Shown here piece after piece: positions 50,816-64,000 of a stretch of DNA of 64,000 bases. Numbering within the stretch: the stretch's first letter is position 1; every line of letters starts with the position of its first letter. The stretch covers positions 22,382,001-22,446,000 of the forward strand of contig OZ024752.1 in the NCBI GenBank assembly GCA_964016885.1, read 5' to 3'. Both the position numbers and the translations under genes were made by a program. Source of the stretch: Eledone cirrhosa (Eukaryota). The notes below the pieces were generated by a model. It was given only the letters and a program-made list of their open reading frames with translations, searched no databases and had not been told where the DNA came from.

Positions 50816-53800
50816 TTCTATCACAAACAACACCAACAACAACAACAGCAACAATAACAGCAACAATAACACCAACAACAACACCATCAATAACAACAGC
50901 AACAATAACACCAACAATAACACCAACAGCAACACCATCAATAACAACAGCAACAATAACAGCAACAATAACAGCAACAATAACACCAACAGCAACACCA
51001 TCAATAACAACAGCAACAACAACACCAACAATAACACCAACAGCAACACCATCAATAACAACAGCAACAACAAAAATAACAGCGGTAAGGTCGAGAACGA
51101 CAATAACAATGACAATAACAACAGCCACAACAACAATAATAGTAGGAACAGTATCAACAAAAACAACAACAACAACAGCAACAACAGTACCAACAACAAC
51201 AACAACAGCAACAGTACCAACGAAAACATCAACAATGACATCAATACCTGTAACAGCGATCTCAGCACTAACAGCAAGACCAGTAGCGGCAGCAATGGTG
51301 GTGCCACTGAAAAAGGGACCACTTCTTTTGCAGGTGTGGCCCGAAATATCGAAACAGTGCTAGTCACAGAGGAGGAGATGGCAGTCGCAAGGACCATGGT
51401 GACAAGAAATGCCAATCGAGTCTCCATTAAACTTTCACCCGATTTTTTCAAGGACCAGCAGCTACGGACGGTGACTTACCGCACTGTAAACAAAATGTCA
51501 CATCGGGTGGAGAGAGCCACGAAGGCTCAAATCCCAAAGGCCTTGGGGTGCGTCTGGGCGTGCAAAACCCACATCATCCGAGGCAGAAAGTACGCCACAG
51601 TAGACATTCGCTACCCCCCAAGAAGCGAAGTCTCACTCTTTGGAAACCCTAAAGAGTGAGGAGATAGTCTTGGTGCCCTCCTACTGCGGGCAGAAAATTG
51701 TGAGGGTCAAAGTGACCCAGGTCCCACCCGACGTGCCCATACCTTGGCTGGCCACATCTGTCCTTGCTGGAATCGAGGACAGGACGAACATGCTGCAAGT
51801 AGAGAAAATAGGGAGAGAGAACTGGTCAGGTATAAGCATGCAAATGCTTATACAAACTGACCAGGAGTGTATCGACGCTATCCCCGATATCATAGATCTT
51901 GAGGAAGGACTCCAACTCCTTATAAGCGAGGAAGGAAGACGGCCAAAATGTTATCTCTGTGGGTAAAAGGCTCACCTCAGGGCCTTTTGCCCGCAGAAGA
52001 CAGCGAAGTAGAAGGCCCCTTTCCTTCCAATACCTGGTCCGCTGCTACCAAGAGCAGGGCAGGAAACAAACGCAGAAGCCCCTTCCACGGTGAGTAGGAG
52101 GGCAACGTCCGTGGCACCCGTACCAAGGCCACGGACAACTAAAGCAGCAGCATCAGTGGCGGCAACACCAGTAGCTACATTTGCAGTAGCTGAACCAGCA
52201 ACAAAATTGCCGAAGAGGGCTCCACTATCACCACCAATAGCTGTGGCGCACATACCCCTCCCAGACGCCACGGAATCCGACATGGTGTCTGAGGCGGGAG
52301 TGAAGTGGCAAACGGTCTGCCACAAAAAACGAAAAAGAAAAAAACCCTTAGCTTCACCCTCCAAAAGCGAAGGAACACAAAGAGGGGTAAAGGCTGCAAG
52401 AAGACTTGAAGCAACACCACCACCATCACCGTCACCACCACAAGCACCACTGCCAACAACAACCACACCACCACCAGCATCACCAAAAACACCAACATCG
52501 CAAACACAACAAAACACACACCCAACAGCAACAAGAAGAAAACAGCAACAAAATCACCCCTCCCCAAAAAAGTACACAGCCATAAACATGGCAAATAAAG
52601 AACTCATACAATATATAAAGCAGCACACAGACATCACAGAAAAAAACTACTACACCCCACCAACACCAAGAACTCTCCCGACAAACATAAGCATCATTGA
52701 AATCAAAATAGAACAGTACAAACTTTTAAAACAAAAATTCCCCAACGCAGTTGGAGACTTCAGGGGTCGGTTACCAAGAGAATATACACTGACATCCTCT
52801 TGGAAACCCCATGACCAGCCAAAGGGACGGTTCTACTGTCCCTTCAGCACACGATCAATGTAAGTGACCCTTTCTCACTTGCCCCGTTTCTCATCCAACA
52901 TGGCCATACTTAGAATAGGCAGTATAAATGCACGTGGTCTGGGGTCATCTTGGAAGCAGGGTCACCTGCTCAACAACCTCAAGTCACTAAACATAGATGT
53001 GGTGGCCATCAGCGCGACCAGAATCTCCGAAGCACGAGCCTTCGCACCGATCTTCGGCGGCTATGATGTATACGCATCTCCCAGCCGTCCAGGTTCGAGG
53101 GTAGGGGTTGCCGTCCTTTTTCGGAGAGGCTTGGATCTCGCCATCTTCCTGGACCCAGAAGGTAAGTCGGTGGTGCTGGACGTGACCGAAGGCAATGTTT
53201 TCAGGCTAGTAGCCGTCTACGCCCCAACTGGGGCATGACGGCCAGATTTCTTCAGACGTCTAGAGACCTTTCTTGGAACGTCCCGCTCTTTAGTGTTAGT
53301 GGGCGACTGGAACGGTATCTTGGATGCACGCTGGGATTGTGTGGGGCTAGTGGATAGGGAGGAGGGTGCAAGAGCCTCACCAACCTGCTCAGACGTTTTG
53401 ATCTGTCTGACAGGTATCGACTGGATCACCCGAATGTGCCAATGTGGACATGGACAAACCGCATCAGGTCATCCAGATCGTAACTTGATAGGGTATTCTG
53501 CAGAATAGATAAGGCTAGTATAAGTTGTCCACAATTTAAAATAGTCGACGACACAGACCACAAATTTGTGATCTGTGAGATCGACATAGACAGACTTCAT
53601 AGACAAGGGCCCGGTTACTGGAAGGGGCCCTGATCAACTTGGATCGGGTGGGGCCCTGATCAACTTGGATCGGGTGGGGCCCTGATCAACTTGGATCAAT
53701 CCAAAGCATTTGATAGGGTCGGTCCCCGAGGCAGCCAGTTTCGGGCCCCTTTTCAGGGGTTGGAAGCATTGCGATGTACAGTGACATCTGCTCAGTTGTC

Positions 53801-55511
53801 AGGGTCAACGGTCACCTGTCGCAGCTGTTCAGCATCATGCGCTCGGTCCGCCAGGGTTGTCCCCTCTCGGCCCAATTGTACATATTTCCTCTCGAGCTGT
53901 TACTGCACAAACTGGAGGCGATGAGGGGCGTCCCACGCGAACTAGGATGCGGGAAATCCGAATCGGCTTACGCTGACGACATCACCGTGGTGGTGTCGAG
54001 CACCAGACACGTCCAGATGCTCGGCACCGCTCTCAAGGAATACAAAGCGGTGACAGGAGCAAAGATAAACCAGGAAAAGTCGGTGGGTTTGCAGCTCGGC
54101 ACCCGGAGAGGCAAGTCCATGTCGTCCAACTGCGTCGTGGGGCGTCGGACGGACGGACCGGTTAAATTGCTTGGGGTCTGTTCCGGACCGGACCTCCAGA
54201 TGGAGAAAAACTGGAGCGAGGTGACGAGCAGGGTGGCCTCTCTCACCCAGAAATGGGCCGAGAGGAAGATGTCCCTGAAAGGCCCGGCGGAGGTGGCGAA
54301 TGCGTACATCGCATCCGTCATCTGCTACCGCCTCACCGTCGTCCCTTGCCCCGGCCCAACTCTCCACAAAATGGAGCGCCTCTTCTTCTGCTTTTTGTGG
54401 AAGGGACGCGCTCCCATGGTCAGACGATCCATCTGCTGCCAACACCCGTTGCGTGGAGGACTGGGCATGCCATGGCTGATGATGCGCAAACATGCGCTGA
54501 GGCTGCGACATCTCTGGTGCTTCCTTGACGGTGAACAGGTGTGGTCGCCGTTCGCCAGCTAGGCACCAGTATCGGTGGAACATCCACCTCGGCATTCTAT
54601 AGAGGACTATTGGAGGGGAAGAGCGACGGCGTTCTCGGAGAGATCCTGGGCGTCGAAGAAGATCAGCTGTTTGCTCTCTTCCGGAGAACTTTCAGCCCAG
54701 GGCCTATGGATAACTTCCAAAAATCCCTGGCCTGGCAGTGCTACCGAGGAGCGTTGCCGGCTCGAGATAAGCTCTACAGGCACAGAAGTGCCGTCGGCCG
54801 AGCCTGTCCGAGATGCGCGCAGAGCGACGAAACCGTCGGGCACGCACTCGTTCAGTGCCCGAGCATTGCTGACTTGTGGAGCTATGTCGAACAGTTGCTG
54901 TCGCGTGTAAGACTGATCCGGTTATCGACTGAGTCCATTGTGCAGATGGTCTCGCTCGCCGTCTTCCTTCAAGGAGGAAGGGCAGGCGGTTTTCATTTGC
55001 CTGGTGGCCATGGCGAAAGAGATTGTGTGGTGGACAAGGTTGAAAGGGTTAAAGACAGACACTTTCCTCTTTGGCCAATCCCTAATTAACTTTTTCAAGT
55101 TTCACTTGAAGAGGAAAATCAGGGTGGAGAGGCAAGTGCTGCCTTCTAGCAAGTTTGTTGAAAGGTGGGTGAATGTAGCGAGAATAGTCTGAATATACAC
55201 CTGTAGTTTAAGAAATGGAAAGGTTGAGAGAGGGCGCTTGCCCTGGTGGTCAGGGTGGCCGTGGTCTTGTGTGTGGTTTTCGCCACGAGTAACCCTCGGA
55301 GGTTTCCCCCCTGTTGGGGAATTTTTCATTGTTTCAATTTTCATTTTTATTGTTTATATATATATATATGATCTATGTCTTTTTTTCTTTCTTTTCTTAT
55401 ATAAATAATAAAAATCTTTACACGCACAAAACCCACATCGTACCGTCCTGTACCGTCCTGTGCCATCTGTAATGTTTTTCTTGATGTCAACCCTTGTGGC
55501 CAATAAAGAAA

Positions 55512-55551
<40 letters not shown>
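50816..55551 (+). mobile_element. Decayed Tx1/L1-clade LINE (ORF1 ~50820-52863; ORF2 52899-55190 with deletions)
   Basis: ORF1 with EGRRPKCYLCG...HLRAFC knuckle; APE start LRIGSINARG; RT RQGCPLS, YADD; CPRC...H...C finger; AATAAAGAAATC(ATT)n tail. Confidence 0.92.
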
Positions 55552-55552
<1 letters not shown>

Positions 55553-55762
55553 GGCGACCTACGTAGTAAATCGTATCATCGTGAGCTCCGCAAAGGTTTG
55601 TTATTTTCCGTTTGTTAAAAATTGCCATTTATGGAAAATTTTATTGTTAACTGTTTATAAGCACACATACATTGTTTTCCAAAAAGGACACCCAAAAAGA
55701 TTGGGGCCTTGTGCCCAAAATTTTAACTTTTATTATTATCAAAAAATTTCTTTGAAAGAAAA

Positions 55763-58004
55763 ATGGCTAATTCACCTCTGCAACAAGCAGCTGAAAGCCT
55801 TCCTCACAAATTAACACCTCACACCGACACCACCATTGTAAATGTTACTACGTTTACCAACACAAAAAAAAATATAAGCACTAGCAATATTTTAAATTTG
55901 TCTCAGGCAGACATTCATTTCCCGCCATTACCAATGACTGCAGGTGTTGAAGCCTCCACCACCACCACCACCGCGACAACCACCACCCCCACCACCACCG
56001 CGACAACAGAAACAAAAGAAGAAAAAAATAAATTAACTCGTGATGTCGAAATGAAATCAAGCAAAATGGACTCTTCCGCACCAAAGACGACTGACGTCAC
56101 CACCACCACAACTGAAACTAAAATTAATATTAACACAAATAACGATAGCAACAACAACAACAATGACATTATAAAAACCCCCCTCAGTTTCGCCAGAGTA
56201 GCAAAACAATTCGAAGCGTTCACGGTAACTCAGGAAGATTTAGAAAATGCCAAACAAATGGTAAAGAAAGATGGGTACAGGGTCAGCCTCACCCCCCCAC
56301 CTAATAAAATGGAGCATCGGCGCCTATGCACCGTGTCGTATCGAACAATAAATGTAAAATCGCGCCGAGTGGAACGGGCATCCGAGTCCCAAATCCAAAA
56401 AGCTTTGGGACATGTGTGGGCAAGAAAAACCCACATCAGACGTGAGCAAAAGTATGGAACCGTGGATGTGTTCTTTGAAACACCAGAGGAGGCTAGAGAA
56501 CACTCCATGGCCCCATTAAGAAGTGACGACTTCACACTCGTCCCAAGCTATTGTGGCCAGAGATTCGTAAAGATCAGGGTGACCCACGTTCCACCGGCCA
56601 TCGAAATTCCCTGGCTAATAGCGGCCGTCCTCGCCGGCATCGAAGCCAACACAAAAATAATAGCAATAGCAAAAGAAAAGCAGGAGAACTGGTCCGGATC
56701 TGGGATGGAGCTCCTGATCCAAGCGGACCAAAAAAGCATTGAGGAGATCCCAGAGGTAATAGACCTCACTGACGGCAGCCACCTCACGGTAATTGTCGAG
56801 GGCAGAAGACATAGGTGTGTCGTTTGTGGTGAAGGAACCCACCTAAGGGCTTTCTGCCCTCAGGCTAAAAGGTTGAGGCCACCTCTCCTACCCACCCCAG
56901 TGACACAACCATCAACACCACCAGTAGCAGAGATGGCAGCAACAACTGTAGCAGCAACAACAGAAGCAACTATAACAGCAACAACCCCAGCAACAGTAGC
57001 AAAACCAACACCACCACCACCACCAGCAAAACCAACACCACCACCACCCAACACTTCAGAACTAGCACCAGCGCCTACACCATCCACCACGCCACAACCA
57101 AAACTAACGCCAGTGGAGGATTTTCCACTCCCCGGCCTATCACAACTGGAGACAGATTGTGACGACGAGGAGTGGGAAACGATATCCGGAAAAAAAAAAG
57201 AAACCAAAAAAGAAAAAATTCTCTTCCTTCCCCCTCCAAAAACAAAATACAGAGGGAAACAAATAAATTAAGATACAAAAAAGTTAGGACAGATATGCCA
57301 CCATCCACACCAGCATCACCAACCCCATCAACCCAAACACCAACACCAGCATCACCAACCCCATCAACCCAAACACCAACACCATCACCATCATTAACCC
57401 CAACACCACCATCACCTACACCACAAAAGTCACCAAAATGCGAAACAGAAACAAACCCACAACAAACGCAAACAAAACAAAACAACCAAAACGATACACA
57501 CTACACAGCATTAAATTTGAACAACAAGCATTTGTATTGGCATTGATTGGCAGTATCGGTAGAGGGTCGGACGCCATGCTTTCCAGCATAGTTACGTCCC
57601 TTTACGATCTGAGTTCAAATCCCGCCGAGGTTGACTTTGCCTTTCATCCTTACGGGGTCGATAAAATAAAGTACCAGTAATGCACTGGATAATTGCTGGC
57701 CTTGTGCCTAAAGTAGAAACAATTAAATTTGAACAACAAGCAATTATTACACTACATCCAACACAACACCAGCATCACAGAAAAAGACTACACAACAACC
57801 CCAAAATTCACACCACCTCCACACATACAAATCACTCGCATCACACAGAAAACGTACATGACACTAAAAAAAAAATTCCCCAAAGACATCGGAGACTTCC
57901 GACAAGCACTCTCCAGGAGGATTTATAAGGACATCCTTCCTGAGGAGGCCACAAGCAGTGAAAAGGATGGAAAAACCGTCCTTCCCCTACGAGAAGTAAG
58001 GTAA
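55763..58004 (+). pseudogene. LINE ORF1 (Thr/Pro-rich, CCHC knuckle); frameshift in the A-run at ~57190 and SINE insertion
   Basis: CVVCGEGTHLRAFC; homologous to ORF1 at 51300-52863; frame restored by removing the SINE. Confidence 0.85.
57531..57721 (+). mobile_element. SINE inserted in ORF1 with a 21-bp TSD
   Basis: ATTAAATTTGAACAACAAGCA at 57510-57530 and 57722-57742. Confidence 0.95.
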
Positions 58005-58038
58005 GTGGTCTTTCCCATCTTTTCCACTCCTTTTCAAC

Positions 58039-61000
58039 ATGACCTCACTCAGAATAGGCAGCATAAATGCGCGTGGCTTGGGGTCGTCATGGAAGCAGGG
58101 CCACCTGCTCAACGACCTCAGGTCACTAAACATAGATGTAGTGGCCATCAGCGAGACCAGAATCTCCGAAGCACAGGCTTTCGCACCGATCTTCGGCGGC
58201 TACGATGTGTACGCATCTCCCAGCCGTCCGGGATCGGGGGAGGAGTTGCTGTGCTTTTTCGGAGAGGTTTGGATCTTGCCATATGGGCCATCTTCCTGGA
58301 CCCAGAAGGCAAGTTGGTGGTGCTGGACGTGACCAGCAGAGACGGGCAAGCTTTCAGGTTAGTGGCCGTCTATGCCCCGACAGGAGCAGGGCGGCCTGAT
58401 TTCTTCCGGCGTCTGGAGACCTTTCTTGGAACGTCCCGCTCTTTAGTGTTAGTGGGCGACTGGAACGGGATCTTAGATGCACGCTGGGATTGTGTGGGAT
58501 TAGTGGATAGGGAAGGAGGGTGCAAGAGTCTCACCAACCTGCTCAGACGTTTTGAACTGTCTGACAGGTACCGAATGGATTTCCCGAATGTACCAATGTG
58601 GACTTGGACAAATCGTATAGGGTCATCCAGATCATATCTAGATAGAGTATTTTGTAGGGAAATAGATAGGTCTAGCATAGGCTGTCCACAATTCAAGATA
58701 GTCAGCTACACGGACCACAAATTCGTGATCTGTGTGCTTGACTTGGATAGGCTTCATAGACGAGGACCCGGCTACTGGAAGCTAAACGCGTCCTTACCAG
58801 CGCGCAAGGCCTACAGAGACCGGATTAGCGAACTAGTTAAGCGGGCGTTGACGGGGGCCATCGTCAACAACAAGTGGTGGTTTGCTCTGAAAAGAGCAAT
58901 TAGAATAGAGTCCATTAGGTTTAGTAAGACTTTAGCAATAGAGAAAAATAGAGCAGAGGGAGAATTAGTTAGAAAATTAGATGAGGCGCTTAGCAAAGGC
59001 ATCGCGACCGACGTACTTGCGGCGAAATTGGCCCTTGACCAATTCTTCAATGCAAAGCACGAAGGCTGCGTTGTCAGAGCTAGGGTGCGTGCTCTCAGAC
59101 ACGAGGGGACGAAATCCGTTCAATGGGCCCGAGTGGCGGAGGCGTGTCGTGGCAACAAAGCCACGATCCGGTCTTTGGTGGACCACGACGGGCGCATGCT
59201 ACTCGATCCCGGGCAAATGTGTGAAGCTTTTCAGCGACACTTCGCTCAACTGTTCGGGGGCAGTGGCGGGCCGGATCGAGGGATGGACTTTAGTGTCTAC
59301 CTCGACGGACTGCCGCGGCTTTCGGCCACTGAGGCGGAGTGTTGCGAAAAGCCGATAACAACCGCTGAAGTACGGGATGCAATGACTAGTTGCACAAGGG
59401 GTAAATCGCCTGGTTTGGATGGTCTGCCCTATGAACTTTACGTACAAATGCCAAACTTGTTCGGAGGCCTCTTGGCGGACGTCTACTGCAACTGGCAACA
59501 GAACGGGAGAATTCCCAGCTCTGTGAGCCGAGGAGCGGTGGCGCTGCTGAGAAAGGATCCGAACAAGGGGGATAACATAGATAATTTTAGGCCCATAACT
59601 CTGCTAAACACAGAGTTCAAGATTTTGGCCAAGGTGCTAGCAAAGAGGTTGGTGCTTGTCGTTGGTGGTCTGGTGGGAGAGGCACAGACATGCGCCATTC
59701 CCGACAGATCCATCCACGACAACCTCCACCTCATGCGATACATCGTAGAGAGGGTAGCTAGGGAACCTGGCACGGGTGGGTCTTTGATCAATTTAGATCA
59801 GTCGAAAGCCTTCGATAGGGTCGACCATCGTTACCTAGCGGCAGTCCTGAGGGCGGCTGGCTTTGGGCCCGTCTTCAGAGGCTGGATCGCTGCCATGCAC
59901 AGCGACATCTGCTCTGTAGTGAGAGTGAACGGTCACCTTTCGGAACCGTTCAACATCATGCGCTCGGTCCGCCAAGGATGTCCCCTCTCGTCCCTATTGT
60001 ACGTATTGACTCTCGAGCCATTACTGCACAAACTGGAGACGTTGAGGGGGGTACCGCGCGAACTAGGATGCGGAAGATCCGTGTCAGCATATGCCGACGA
60101 TGTCACCGTAGTGGTGTCGAACGCCAAACACATCGAGGCGATCGGCACTACACTAAGAGAATACGAAGCGGTGACAGGAGCAATGATCAACCAGGAAAAG
60201 TCAGTGGGCCTGCAGCTCGGCACCTGGAGAGGCAGGTCCATGCTGTCCAACAGCGTCGTCGGGCGCTGGACGGACGGATCGGTTAAATTGCTAGGGGTCT
60301 GGTTCGGTCCAGACCTCCAGACGGACAAAAACTGGGACGAGGTGACGAGCAGGGTGGCTTCTCTCACCCAGAAATGGGCCGAGAGGAAGCTATCTCTGAA
60401 AGGTCGAGCGGAGGTGGCTAACGCGTACATCGCGTCCGTCATCTACTACCGCCTGACCGTCGTACCTTGTCCTAAGCCCCGCCTGACTGCACTGGAGCGT
60501 TTGCTCTTTCGCTTCTTGTGGAAGGGACGCGCTCCGATGGTCAGGCGGTCCATCTGCTGTCAACACCCGCTACGTGGAGGGCTGGGCATGCCGTGGCTGA
60601 TGATGCGCAGACACGCGCTCAGGCTACGACATCTCCACCTCTTCCTCGACGGTGATCAGGTGTGGTCGCCGTTTGCTAGACACGTTTTTCCCCAGCTCGT
60701 CTCCTTGACGGAGCTGCAGTCCTGGGTCAAGCGAAGACCGAGAGGGAGCGCTTGGAGACTGGAATGTCTTCAGGCGCTCACAGCCCTCGACCAATCGGGC
60801 AATGTGATCGGTGGAAACTCCACCTTGGCGTTCTATAGGGGATTAGTGGAGGGGAAGAGCGACGACGTACTTGGAGAAACTCTAGGCGTCGACGAAAATC
60901 AACTAGCCAATCTCTTCGGAAGGACTTTCGGGCCGGGGCCTATGGACAACTTCCAGAAATCCCTGGCCTGGCAGTGCTACCGGGGTGCTTTGCCAGTTCG

Positions 61001-61456
61001 GGATAAACTTTACAGGCATGGAGGTGCCGTCAGCCGGGCATGTCCGAGATGCGCACAGGGCGACGAAACCGTCCTGCACGCACTCGTCCAGTGTCCAAGC
61101 ATTGCTGACTTGTGGGTTTCTGTCGAACACCTGCTGTCACGTGTAGGACGGATCCGGCTATCAGCTGAGTCCATCGTGAGGATTGCCCCGCCCTCTTCCT
61201 TTAGCCGGGAAGGGCAGGCAGTTTTTATCTGTCTGGTGGCCATGGCGAAAGAAATAGTATGGCGGACACGTTTGAAAGGGCTGAAGACGAGCACTTACTT
61301 CTTCGGTGATGCCCTGATTAACTTTTTCAAATTTCATCTGAAAAGGAAAATCAGGGTAGAGAGGGAAGTGCTCTCTTCCCAGATTTTGTTGAAAGATGGG
61401 TGAGAGAAGCAAGTATGGCCCGAATGAATGGGCCTTCTCTGAGTATGTGTCTGTAA
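58039..61456 (+). pseudogene. LINE ORF2: APE endonuclease, RT, C-terminal zinc finger; two apparent 1-bp deletions (~58236, ~61380)
   Basis: MTSLRIGSINARG, GDWN, SYLDR, TDH, SPGLDG, FRPITLLN, DQSKAFDRV, RQGCPLS, YADD, CPRCAQGDETVLHALVQC. Confidence 0.93.
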
Positions 61457-61716
61457 ATTAAAGGTGGAAAACTGGGAGAGGGCACTTGCCTTGGTGGTCA
61501 GGGTCATTGTGGCTTTTTACTGGGCTTTCTCCACAAATGTCCCTCCGAAGTCTCCCCCCTATTGGGGAATTTTTCATTGTTATTTTCATTGTTATTTTTG
61601 TTACATCCTCTGTTTTTGTTTTTTTACACGCAGAAATGCCCATTTGTACCGTCCTGCATTGTCCTGCACTGTCCTTAATGTCTACTTTATGTAAACCCTT
61701 GTGGTTAATAAAGAAA

Positions 61717-61775
<59 letters not shown>

Positions 61776-61776
61776 G

Positions 61777-64000
61777 TGCTGAGTCTCTCGAGACGTGTGT
61801 AACTACGACGGAGTAAGTCAGGATGAATTTTATGAACTTATCGAAACTTTTATATAGTAATTTTTACATTGTTGTGTAGTTAAAGAGCCCCTCTTTCAAA
61901 GGAGGTGGGTTTTCAACTGTATCTCTTGACCTTAAGGGCTGAATTTGTATTTATTTACAATCATTACCCTCAATTGAGGTCATCCCCGATGTAATAGACC
62001 TGCACGACGGCAGCCATCTATCTGTGACTGTCGAAGGGAGGCGCCAAGAGAACACGACGAGCACATGCTACTTGATCCCGGGCAGATATGTGCGGCTTTT
62101 CAGCAGCACTTTTCCCAGCTGTTCGGGAAGCAGTAGCACGCCGGATCGAGAGATGGACTTTAGTGCCTACCACTACGGACTGCCGCGACTCTCAGCCACT
62201 GAGGCGGAGTGTTGCGAAAAGCCGATAACAGCTGCTAAAGTACAGGAGGCAATGACTGGCTGCACAAGGGGTAAATCGCCTGGTTTAGATGGTCTGCCCA
62301 ACGAACTTTACGTACATATACCAGGCTTGTTCGGAGACCTCTTGGCGAGCGTCTACTGCAACTGGCAGCAGAACGGGAGAATTCCCAGCTCTGTGAGCCA
62401 AGGAGCGGTAGCGCTGCTGAGAAAGGATCCGAACAAGGGGGATAACATAGATAATTTCAGGCCCATAACTCTGCTAAACACAGAGTTCAAGATTTGGGCT
62501 AATGTGCTAGCAAAGAGGTTCGCGATTGTCGTCGGTGGTCTGGTGGGAGAGGCGCAGACATGCGCCATTCCAGACAGATCCATCCACGACAACCTCCACC
62601 TCATGCGATACATCGTGAAGAGGGTTGCTAGGGAACCTGGCACGAGTGGATCCTTGATCAATTTAGATCAGTCAAAAGCTTTCGATAGGGTCGACCATCA
62701 TTATGTGGCGGCAGTCCTGAGGCGGGGCCAGCTTTGGGCCTGTCTTCAGAGGCTGGATTGCTGCCATGCACAGCGACATGGGCTATGTGGTGAGAGTGAA
62801 CGGTCACCTTTCGGAACCGTTCAACATCATGCGCTCGGTCCACCAAGGATGTCCTCTCTCGTCCGTGTTGTACGTATTAACTCTCGAGCCATTACTGCAC
62901 AAAATGGAGATGCTGAGGGGGGTCCTGCGGAAGAACCGCGTCAGCATATGCAGACGACGTCACCGTAGTGGTGTCGAACACCAAACATATCGAGGCGATC
63001 GGCACTACACTTAGAGAATACGAGGCGGTGACAGGAGCAATGATCAACCAGGAAAAATTGGTGGGCCTGCAGCTCGACACCTGGAGAAGCAGATCCATGC
63101 CGTCCAACAGCGTCGTTGGGCGTCGGACGGACGGACCGGTTAAATTGCTAGTGGTCTGGTTCGGTCCGGGCCTCCAGACGGACAAAAAATGGGATGAGGT
63201 GACGAGGAGGGTGGCCTCTCTCACTCAGAAATGGGCTGAGGAAGCTATCCCTGAAAGGTCGAGCGGAGGTGGCGAACGCGTACATCGCATCCGTCATCTA
63301 CTACCGCATGACCGTCGTGCCTTGTCTTAAGCCTCGCCTGACTGCACTGGAGCGTTTGCTCTTTTGCTTTTTGTGGAAGGAACGTGCTCTGATGGTCAGG
63401 CGGTCAAGCTGCTGTCAACACCCGCTATGCAGAGGGCTGGGCACGCCGTGGCTGATGATGCACAGACATGCTCTCAGGCTACGGCATCTCCACCTCTTCC
63501 TCGACGGTGATCAGGTGTGGTCGCCATTTGCTAGATGTTTCTTTCCCCAGCTCGTCTCCTTGACTGAGCTGCAGTCCTGGGTCAAGCAAAAACCGAGAGG
63601 GAGCGGGTGGAAACTGGAATGTCTTCAGGCGCTTACAGCCCTCGACCAGTCGGGCAATGCGATCATTGGCGTTCTATAGAGGGTTAGTGGAGGGAAAGAG
63701 CGACGACATCCTTGGGGAGACTCTGGGCGCCGACGAAAACCAACTAGCCAATCTCTTTGGGAGACTTTCAGGCCGGGGCCCATGGACAATTTCCAGAAAT
63801 CCCTGGCCTGGCAGTGCTACCGAGGAGCCTTGCCAGTTCAGGATAAAGTCTATAGGCCTGTAGGTGCCATCAGCCGGGCCTGTCCGAGAAGCGCGCAGGG
63901 CGACGCAACCGTCCTGCACGCACTCGTCCAGTGTCCGAGCATTGCTGACTTGTGGGTTTATGTCGAACACCTGCTGTCGCGTGTAGGACGGATCCAGCTA
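61777..64000 (+). mobile_element. Third Tx1-like LINE, internally deleted, running off the window end
   Basis: ORF1 scrap IPDVIDLHDGSHLSVTVEGRR (~61975-62045) fused to ORF2 sequence homologous to 59184 onward; frameshifts. Confidence 0.9.

Larger units (their letters stand above)
55552..61776 (+). mobile_element. Full-length, nearly intact Tx1/L1-clade LINE
   Basis: 5' UTR starts right after (TTA)n; ORF1 55763-58004; ORF2 58039-61456; (TTA)n tail. Confidence 0.96.

Noticed and set aside
50567-51659. Poly-Asn (+) and poly-Leu (-) proteins
   Set aside because: Alternative frames of an AAC-rich low-complexity stretch at the start of LINE ORF1; only the portion after ~51320 aligns with the intact ORF1
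58005-58236. N-terminus of the 1132-aa ORF as given in the track
   Set aside because: Wrong frame; the APE start is ATG 58039, joined by a frameshift near 58236

Overview
Repeat-saturated eukaryotic (metazoan) DNA, probably molluscan and possibly octopod; this is inferred only from the style of the SINE and RTE tails. No complete host gene is evident. Contents: a decayed CsRn1-like Ty3/Gypsy element (1-3381, -) with a tRNA-Trp PBS, partly inside an apparently identical 2.23-kb direct duplication; several RTE LINEs whose RT carries an embedded C4HC3 (PHD-like) finger; a Buster-type hAT split by an RTE; a head-to-tail chain of Tx1/L1-like LINEs (50.6-64 kb); non-autonomous Helitrons; tRNA-derived SINEs; MITEs; Penelope-like GIY-YIG remnants; two (CCATA/CCACA)n arrays; and a duplicated candidate exon encoding an 11-aa repeat. 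The most interesting signal is absent from the ORF track. A family of ~430-466-bp AT-rich non-coding repeats carries minimal type I hammerhead ribozymes (5 copies, with compensatory stem changes), and two more degenerate hammerheads sit in Penelope-like termini. The repeats abut (TA)n tracts, show 5'-inversion junctions, and one copy starts at the predicted self-cleavage site. This fits a non-LTR retrozyme family, possibly mobilised by Penelope-like elements. All alignments and folds were done by eye, so coordinates may be off by a few bases.
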